Assembly (NCBI RefSeq): GCF_002087085.1
Contig: NZ_MWQY01000002.1
Span: 248,001-312,000 of the forward strand
DNA length: 64,000 bases
Reading direction: 5' to 3'
Both the position numbers and the translations under genes were made by a program. This document shows, piece by piece, positions 57,744 to 64,000 of the stretch (positions are counted from its first letter, which is position 1; every line of letters begins with the position of its first letter). A model generated the notes under the pieces. It was not told the DNA's origin. It made no database searches and was given only the letters and a program-made list of their open reading frames with translations.

Positions 57744-59036
57744 TTAAACGAACTCCAGGAGATTCCCTTCGTTATCGAATTTCATTTTCCTGGCATTTTC
57801 CACTATTTCTACCCCTTCAGTCTCCATAGCTTCCTGCTGCATCGCTTCAGATATATAGAGTTCGTCAAGACTCAGGGTATTTTTAATAAGGACGATTCTT
57901 ACCGTCTTCTTTTCAATATTTGTACATGTTTTTATTGCCGCTTTAATAGCCAGTTCATCATCTTCCATTACCATCGCTATTTTTCCCGGCGTAATAACGG
58001 TGGATGTAAGCATATTCGGATAAAGGGCAGTAAAATCGATCTTGTTAAACAGTCGCAGGGTAGTTACATCGGCCATCCCCACTCCCATTGCATTTCCATG
58101 GGATTTATCGGAGACATCGAGAACAACGGTCTTCTGCTTATAAATACCACCCGACCCATAGGGGGTTGCCCAGGTCCCGGTAACATTCGGATCCATACCA
58201 CTCCCGGAAAAATTCTTCCCGATCTGGGTTACAACAAGTACATCCGTTTCGGGAAAAAGGATTCTTGGCATCCGCTTTTTGGCATACTCCAAAAGAGGAG
58301 GTTCCTTTTCCGCGATCTCCTCCCCTTTGATAACTTCAATACGGCAGGTCTGATCATAAGCGTTCTCAATGACACCGACACCGAAAACTACATTATTATT
58401 ATTCATTATGACGCGGGCAAACTCCGGGATTCTTTCCTTGAAGGCGCCGAATCCCGCGGCATGAAGGGAATCCGCTCCCTTCTGTTTGCCAAGTCCGATG
58501 CCGAGCATCTTAAATAGTCCGGACTCATAGGGACCGCGAAATGCCGTGTGGGCTTTTATGCGTCCCACCACAACGATTGAATCAGACTCAGCTGTAAATT
58601 TATCGAAATATACAGGCAAACCATCCGGGGTGTAACCGGTAACGACGGTATCCATTGAGGAGTGAATCGGACAGGCGCAGAATTCTTCTGTAATACCGTA
58701 GTCTTCCAGGATCTCTTTCTGTCCCTCTGCCGAAGAACCTCCATGACTGCCCATGGCAGGAACAATGTACGGATGGGCCCCACAGCTTGTAATAAATGCA
58801 GCCAGCTCCCGGAGAATCACGTTCATGTTCGCAATTTCACGACTGCTCCCGGTCAGGACCACCCTGTCACCCTGTCGTATCCTTGCACTCAGGGACTGTT
58901 CTTTGAGTTGAGTTCTGATTGTTCCAGGAATATCCTCAACTCTGCTTCCGTCGAAGTGCTGCCGAACCTTTATCACTCCCGGTATTGGTACATCTTTGAG
59001 AAGATGTCGTATATTTGTCTGTTTCTTTATCTCCAT
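57744..59036 (-). CDS. Lactate racemase domain (DUF2088) protein, divergent LarA subfamily
   Basis: GSSREIAN, PAMGSHGG, RIKAHTAF, ESGLFKMLGIGLGK, GKNFSGSGMDPNV. Confidence 0.75.
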   Translation of the reverse strand: MEIKKQTNIRHLLKDVPIPGVIKVRQHFDGSRVEDIPGTIRTQLKEQSLSARIRQGDRVVLTGSSREIANMNVILRELAAFITSCGAHPYIVPAMGSHGGSSAEGQKEILEDYGITEEFCACPIHSSMDTVVTGYTPDGLPVYFDKFTAESDSIVVVGRIKAHTAFRGPYESGLFKMLGIGLGKQKGADSLHAAGFGAFKERIPEFARVIMNNNNVVFGVGVIENAYDQTCRIEVIKGEEIAEKEPPLLEYAKKRMPRILFPETDVLVVTQIGKNFSGSGMDPNVTGTWATPYGSGGIYKQKTVVLDVSDKSHGNAMGVGMADVTTLRLFNKIDFTALYPNMLTSTVITPGKIAMVMEDDELAIKAAIKTCTNIEKKTVRIVLIKNTLSLDELYISEAMQQEAMETEGVEIVENARKMKFDNEGNLLEFV

Positions 59037-59065
59037 AATTCCTGCTCAGCTCCGTGCATATAATT

Positions 59066-59095
59066 AACCCGAAAAGCCTTAAGGCTTTTCGGGTT
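59066..59095. repeat. Perfect 30-bp palindrome after tctC
   Basis: AACCCGAAAAGCCTT-AAGGCTTTTCGGGTT. Confidence 0.85.
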
Positions 59096-59112
59096 TTAAC
59101 CTGTATTTTCAG

Positions 59113-60090
59113 TTATCGCAGGTATTTGGAGAATTTCATGAAATGTTCACGCTGCTTCATCAGCTCCGCAATGGTGTCATCTACACTCAGAGCCCAGGGA
59201 TCCTGCAGGTTGAATTTTCGACACTCTGCAGCGTATTCAGGGTCATTGTTGACAACATCCAGAATCGCTGCGTTCATCTGTTCAACGATCTCCCTGGGAG
59301 TTCCTTTAGGAGCAAGACACACATACATGGTGTCCATAACAAGATCAGGAACACCGGTCTTGCTGGCCGAAGGAACATTCTTGAGCAGTGAGGGAGAATC
59401 GCTCAGCAATGTAGCAAGGGTTCTGATCTGCCCTGATTCTATATACTGTTTCGCCGTCGCATAGGGAACGATAGTCGCATCAACATGTTTTCCCAGAAGA
59501 GCAGTCATCCGGGATGCACCGTCACCCTGATCCATGACCGCAAACTCCGCACCTGACTGAGCCAGTATGACCGAAGCGATATAAACACCACCGCCGGTGG
59601 ATATTCCAAAGCGGATAGTATTCGGATTGGCTTTTGAAGCTTTTACCAGATCGTCAATGGACTGGTAGGGAGAATCGGCGGGAACGATAATGTTTTCGCC
59701 GGACTGCTTGCCGTAAATAGCGACCGGTTCAAAGGCATCCCATCCGAAAGAAGAAAGCCCGGTAGCCTCATTACCCATCACAGCCGTCGTATTGGTCATG
59801 ATAAAGGTATATCCATCGGGTTTGGCATTCCGGTACTGTTCCATGGCGATATTACCGTTGCTTCCGGTAACGTTGGTGGGAACAAGGGAAACCCCAAGTT
59901 TCTTTTCCACAAACCGGCTGATCAGACGACCGTTATAATCCGTATCTCCACCGGCACCATGGGTACCGATAATGGTGATATTCTGCTTTGGCCATTCAGC
60001 GGCCCCACTGCCTGCACTTTCCGATTTCCCTTCGGAAAAAACTGAAACTGTAAACAATAATACAAGCGCAGCTACAAGAAATTTTTTCAT
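59113..60090 (-). CDS. tctC: Tripartite tricarboxylate transporter substrate-binding protein
   Basis: Signal peptide, WP...I.II, AGGDTD, NVTGSNG, PDGYT, APKGTP; ATG 60090 behind GAGGGG. Confidence 0.9.
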   Translation of the reverse strand: MKKFLVAALVLLFTVSVFSEGKSESAGSGAAEWPKQNITIIGTHGAGGDTDYNGRLISRFVEKKLGVSLVPTNVTGSNGNIAMEQYRNAKPDGYTFIMTNTTAVMGNEATGLSSFGWDAFEPVAIYGKQSGENIIVPADSPYQSIDDLVKASKANPNTIRFGISTGGGVYIASVILAQSGAEFAVMDQGDGASRMTALLGKHVDATIVPYATAKQYIESGQIRTLATLLSDSPSLLKNVPSASKTGVPDLVMDTMYVCLAPKGTPREIVEQMNAAILDVVNNDPEYAAECRKFNLQDPWALSVDDTIAELMKQREHFMKFSKYLR

Positions 60091-60142
60091 GTAACCCCTC
60101 CTTAATAAATTATCCGATCCAGGACCGGATTGCGTAACATTG

Positions 60143-61120
60143 TCAAACACCCTTCCATTTCGGGTGCTCATAGACCTCCGGGTTGCATACATGAGGCCAT
60201 TTTTCTCCCTCAATAACCGCGAGGGTTCCCTGTACAGCCATGGTGACAACGGCGCTTGTCGTCTCCCTGGTCTGAGCCGCCATATGCGGACTGACGATGA
60301 GGTTGCTCAGCTTCATTAAGGGGTGCTCAGCTTTCATGGGTTCATCGGCCAGCACGTCCACCGCCGCTCCGGCTATACTTTCGTTCTTCAGGGCTTCAAA
60401 GAGTGCCGTTTCATCGACTATATCGCCCCGTGCACAGTTTATGAGAAATGCACTCTTCTTCATTGCAGCGAGGATTTGACTATTGATCATGTTACGGGTT
60501 TCCGGCATGGACGGCATATGGAGGCTCACGTAATCCCCAGCCTCAACAGCCTGTTGCAGGTCCCCTGCATAGGTGTATCCCAGAGCTTCCACGTCTTTTC
60601 GGTCGAGGAAGGGATCGTAGGCGCATACTTTCATGCCCACACCGGCGCAGAGCTGCGCGACGGTCCTGCCGATATTTCCCAGGCCTATTACACTGACTGT
60701 TTTTCCCAGCAGTTCGACGGCGGCATACTTGTTGCGAATGCCGAAATTCCCTTTTCTCGTCTCGACATCGCTTTCCACAATATTTTTTGATATGCCGAAG
60801 ATCAGGGCCAGAGTATGCTCGGCAACTGCCCGGGCATTGGCGGCGGGACAGATCACAACCGGAATACCCCGCTCCGTGGCGGCCTGAACATCAACATTAT
60901 CAACACCCACACCCGGACGGGTTATTACCTTGAGCTTTTCACAGGCATCAATAGCCTTACGATCGATCTTCCCAATTCGCAGAATGAAACCGTCGGCTTT
61001 TTTTAAATCCTCGATAATGATGTCACTGTCTCCATTATTCGGAATTATAAGATCTGCCTTACCGTTGATGGCATCCATCCCCGGTTTGTACAAGGGATGC
61101 GAGATCAGGACAGTAATCAT
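60143..61120 (-). CDS. D-2-hydroxyacid dehydrogenase (short PGDH-like, no ACT domain)
   Basis: GVGVDNVD, AVAEH, GLGNIG, INCARG, DV...EP, SPHMAA. Confidence 0.9.
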   Translation of the reverse strand: MITVLISHPLYKPGMDAINGKADLIIPNNGDSDIIIEDLKKADGFILRIGKIDRKAIDACEKLKVITRPGVGVDNVDVQAATERGIPVVICPAANARAVAEHTLALIFGISKNIVESDVETRKGNFGIRNKYAAVELLGKTVSVIGLGNIGRTVAQLCAGVGMKVCAYDPFLDRKDVEALGYTYAGDLQQAVEAGDYVSLHMPSMPETRNMINSQILAAMKKSAFLINCARGDIVDETALFEALKNESIAGAAVDVLADEPMKAEHPLMKLSNLIVSPHMAAQTRETTSAVVTMAVQGTLAVIEGEKWPHVCNPEVYEHPKWKGV

Positions 61121-61124
61121 ATCT

Positions 61125-62150
61125 TTACACCATCCTCACGCCCATCTCGATGGCCTGCAGCATGCTCTCAGGATTTGCCCGGCCTTCGCCGGCCTTTCCG
61201 AAGGCGGTACCGTGGTCCACGGAGGAGCGGATAATCGGCAGCCCCAGGGTAATGTTGACCCCGGACATGGAGAGCCAGGTATTGGTGTTACGGTCGTAGT
61301 TGAATCCCGCCAGCTTGGTGGGGATATGCCCCTGGTCGTGATACTGAACAACCACTATGTCGTACTGCCCGCCCTTCATTTTGGAAAAGACCGTATCCGG
61401 AGGGATCGGTCCTTCCACCGTCATGCCTTCGGCAACAGCCTGCTCGATGGCGGGAATAATCTCATCGATCTCTTCCCGGCCGAACATGCCGTTTTCACCG
61501 GCGTGGGGATTCAGACCTGCCACGGCAATTCTGGGCTGTTCGATGCCCAGCCGCTTCAGGGCCTCGTCCGCCAGCTTGATAACCCGGTAAACCCGTTCCT
61601 TTTTGCAGCGGTTTATTGCCTCCTGCAGGGATACGTGGGTGGAGACATGGACAACCCGGAAGTCCCCTTCGGCGAGCATCATGGCGTAATCCCTGGTCCC
61701 GGTAAGACGGGCGTAGATCTCAGTGTGTCCGGCTTCCTTGATACCGGCGGAGTTAATGGCCTCCTTGTTTATGGGGCCGGTGATAGTCGCATCAACTTCT
61801 TTTGCAAGGGCGAGCTGGATAACCTTCTCGATATATTCATAGCTGGCCTTTCCGGTCATGGCGGAAACGGTTTTATATTTCAGCCTGCTCATGTCTATAT
61901 TCTGCATATCGAGCACGTCTATGGTTCCGAATTCGTACCTGCCCTCCGCCGGAGACGAAACGGCCCTGGTTTTCAGGGAAAGCCCGGAAAACTCAATGGC
62001 CGCTTCCATGACTTTCAGATCACAGACTGCCAGGGGCCTGCAGATATCGTATACGTGCTTTTCATTCAAGGCCTTGGCGGTAATCTCCGGTCCGATACCC
62101 GCCGGATCGCCAACGCTGATTCCTAAAATTGGTCTCTTCTCAGTTTTCAT
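61125..62150 (-). CDS. pdxA: PdxA family dehydrogenase (PdxA2-type, tetronate 4-phosphate dehydrogenase)
   Basis: GDPAGIGPEI, GHTE, STH, LNPHAGE, YHDQGHIP.K, RSSVDHGTAF; adjacent to a DUF1537 kinase. Confidence 0.92.
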   Translation of the reverse strand: MKTEKRPILGISVGDPAGIGPEITAKALNEKHVYDICRPLAVCDLKVMEAAIEFSGLSLKTRAVSSPAEGRYEFGTIDVLDMQNIDMSRLKYKTVSAMTGKASYEYIEKVIQLALAKEVDATITGPINKEAINSAGIKEAGHTEIYARLTGTRDYAMMLAEGDFRVVHVSTHVSLQEAINRCKKERVYRVIKLADEALKRLGIEQPRIAVAGLNPHAGENGMFGREEIDEIIPAIEQAVAEGMTVEGPIPPDTVFSKMKGGQYDIVVVQYHDQGHIPTKLAGFNYDRNTNTWLSMSGVNITLGLPIIRSSVDHGTAFGKAGEGRANPESMLQAIEMGVRMV

Positions 62151-62172
62151 GGTCTGTTCCTTCTAGAAATAT

Positions 62173-63477
62173 TCATTTACGTTCCGGCTGCTGTTCCTGT
62201 CTGCCGGTAACGATTTTACACACCTGTGTCATTGCATTTTTCCTGCCGAAACCGCCGGCCTTTGAAATAAGGTAGACCGGCTTATCGGCATAGGGGGTAT
62301 CAAACCTTCCAATGGGGATGCCGGGCAGGATTTCGTCGAGTAATTCCACACCCTTGACTTTCAGTGACTCACTGACTCCGGCGGCAGTATTGCCCCCGGT
62401 AATAAATACTGCTTCAATCTGGCGCTGCATAAAGATACGGGCAACCAGCCTTCCCAGGAAACTGGAAACCCGCTCTCCCAGCTCCTTCTCATTTATACCC
62501 AGTTCCGCTGCATATGCGATGTCGTTCTTGTATTCACAGTCACCATCGAAGGTTTTGATCAGCACCGGAACATCCTTCCTCGACTGAGAATCCTCATGCA
62601 GAAGACGGGACAGTTCCTTTTCTTCGTCGTTAAGCAGGTTCTGCATGGCGACACAAAGGGATACAGGATCGATACTTTTTTCAAGTTCCGCCACCTGGGT
62701 TCTGGTAGTTTCCGTTACACTCCCTGCAACAAACAGCAGCTTCCCCTCATCGATAACGGGGAACTCCGGAGAGGACCCTTCCCCTGCGTCGGTGAGGGCT
62801 TCTGCAAGACCGGAGGCACCGGCAAACAGAACCGACTCATCTTCCCGGGCTGAAGCAAGGATCCGGAGGTCCTCCAGTGTTTCTGCATCGGCGACGATGG
62901 CCCGTGCGCCCTCCTGTCTCAGCTCTTTGAATCGTGTTAGAAAGGCATCCGAACCTTTGCGTATCGTTTCAAGATCGATATGCCCAACGCTGTTGCGAAA
63001 CCACCGTTCAAGAAGTCCCGGGACAAATGCAGACGCAACAGGAGTGAAAGGATCGATCTGGTGTCCGTTCTCACCGATGGGCACCCCGTTTACCAGACAG
63101 TTGCCTGCCACAACAGTACGCCCGTTCTTGGGAGCCGAAGGGGCCACAAGGGCGCAATCAAAATCTCCGGCATCCATGACGGCGGCAATCTCTTCGGGAA
63201 CATTTCCGCGAATGGTTGAATCGATTTTTTTGAAAAACTGCCGTACACCAAGTCTTCTGCAGGTTTCGACTACACTCCGCACCTTGTCATAGGAATCACT
63301 GGGAAGCATGAACCTGGATTCGGTACTGACGACAAGTACGTTATATAATTCAAGATCAACACCGGAATCCCAGTTCTGGAGGGCGAGAAACGGCGTATAT
63401 CCGTTCTTTCTGAACTGTACGGCAGAATCGCCGGCTCCGGTAAAATCATCAGCTATTATGCAAAGTTTTAAACCCAT
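62173..63477 (-). CDS. Four-carbon acid sugar kinase (DUF1537)
   Basis: IADDFTGAGD, TESR, KKIDSTIRGN, GASGLA, TGGNTA, KAGGFG. Confidence 0.92.
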   Translation of the reverse strand: MGLKLCIIADDFTGAGDSAVQFRKNGYTPFLALQNWDSGVDLELYNVLVVSTESRFMLPSDSYDKVRSVVETCRRLGVRQFFKKIDSTIRGNVPEEIAAVMDAGDFDCALVAPSAPKNGRTVVAGNCLVNGVPIGENGHQIDPFTPVASAFVPGLLERWFRNSVGHIDLETIRKGSDAFLTRFKELRQEGARAIVADAETLEDLRILASAREDESVLFAGASGLAEALTDAGEGSSPEFPVIDEGKLLFVAGSVTETTRTQVAELEKSIDPVSLCVAMQNLLNDEEKELSRLLHEDSQSRKDVPVLIKTFDGDCEYKNDIAYAAELGINEKELGERVSSFLGRLVARIFMQRQIEAVFITGGNTAAGVSESLKVKGVELLDEILPGIPIGRFDTPYADKPVYLISKAGGFGRKNAMTQVCKIVTGRQEQQPERK

Positions 63478-63491
63478 ACTTGGAAGTATTA

Positions 63492-63508
63492 AGCAATGAA
63501 CGTGCCAA
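63492..63508 (-). promoter_or_regulatory. sigma54 (-24/-12) promoter of the DUF1537-pdxA2-tct operon
   Basis: TTGGCACG-TTCA-TTGCT, a full match to the YTGGCACG-N4-TTGCW consensus. Confidence 0.85.
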
Positions 63509-63693
63509 GGTCACAGGTTTTTCATTTTCATTTTTCCATTTTCTCCCCGTTATCCGTAACGGAGACAAAGCATCGTCCATACTCGTATCTAAGTCTTTAC
63601 ACTGATGTACTTTAAGAAATTCCCCGAAACTGAAGGGCCGCACACCCGACGAAAAGTGTCTGAACCGGGATTATAGACTTTTGCGGAAAACAT

Positions 63694-63724
63694 CCGCTGG
63701 TGATGATTATATCACCACCAGCGG
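63694..63724 (-). terminator. Hairpin terminator of the rightmost gene
   Basis: CCGCTGGTGGTGAT-ATA-ATCATCACCAGCGG then ATGTTTT on the minus strand. Confidence 0.7.
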
Positions 63725-63745
63725 AGTAAAATATCCACATTGGGA

Positions 63746-64000
63746 CTATCTAATATGGAGCAGATATTTATTTACGATAATTACCAGCAGTGCAATAATG
63801 AGCCACACAAGAACAGATAACAGTATTGATGAACGATAGCTGTACCGGTTAAGAAAACAGTAAAAGGATATGAGAAAACCAAGGGTTGTCGGAAAGGATA
63901 CGATACTGAACAGGGCAATATTCTGCAGCTGCCGGGGAGAAGCACTTCTGCCTATGAAGAAAAATCCTATAACCGTCACTATTGGAAACAGGACCAGCAG
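63746..64000 (-). CDS. Small membrane protein, GlpM/DUF3147-like (5' end outside window)
   Basis: Frame open from the window edge: LLVLFPIVTVIGFFFIG...; about 3 TM helices visible. Confidence 0.55.
   Translation of the reverse strand: MLVLFPIVTVIGFFFIGRSASPRQLQNIALFSIVSFPTTLGFLISFYCFLNRYSYRSSILLSVLVWLIIALLVIIVNKYLLHIR

Noticed and set aside
61125..62150. pdxA as a vitamin B6 biosynthesis gene
   Set aside because: Coupling to a DUF1537 kinase and transporters indicates the catabolic PdxA2 type.
1..64000. CRISPR arrays, tRNA/rRNA genes, transposases, integrases, phage or defence genes
   Set aside because: No regularly spaced direct repeats, cloverleaf or rRNA signatures, or matching protein motifs were seen; intergenic gaps are all under about 400 bp.
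1..64000. Selenocysteine recoding, frameshifts or pseudogenes
   Set aside because: Recognised proteins appear full length, with no in-frame stops splitting domains.

Overview
Gene-dense bacterial chromosome segment of about 59 CDS. I found no rRNA, tRNA, CRISPR array, transposase or prophage. The AGGQ/AGAQ-type signal peptides of the solute-binding proteins suggest a free-living anaerobic Spirochaetaceae member (inference). 1-41.8 kb holds housekeeping, stress and signalling genes: hcp with a divergent HcpR-like regulator, OsmC, an omptin-like protease, two hybrid histidine kinases, a REC-GGDEF protein, two GAF-HD-GYP proteins, fhs, D-lactate dehydrogenase, ttcA, Hsp33, a FadR-regulated TRAP operon, galE, a peroxiredoxin, GpgS, SMUG1 and a Nudix hydrolase. 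41.8-63.5 kb is a co-oriented (all minus strand) catabolic region for an unknown hydroxy-acid or sugar acid. It has two sigma54-type promoters, a DUF1537 kinase with PdxA2, two different LarA-family racemase/epimerases, a DapA-family aldolase, an Fe-ADH, a D-2-hydroxyacid dehydrogenase, an AllD-like dehydrogenase and three transporter classes (TTT, ABC, TRAP). This region is the best candidate for an undescribed system. Also notable are several enzyme homologues with lost catalytic residues, two MITE-like inverted-repeat element types, candidate operators and signs of leaderless transcripts. All calls come from motif recognition by eye; no database search was run.
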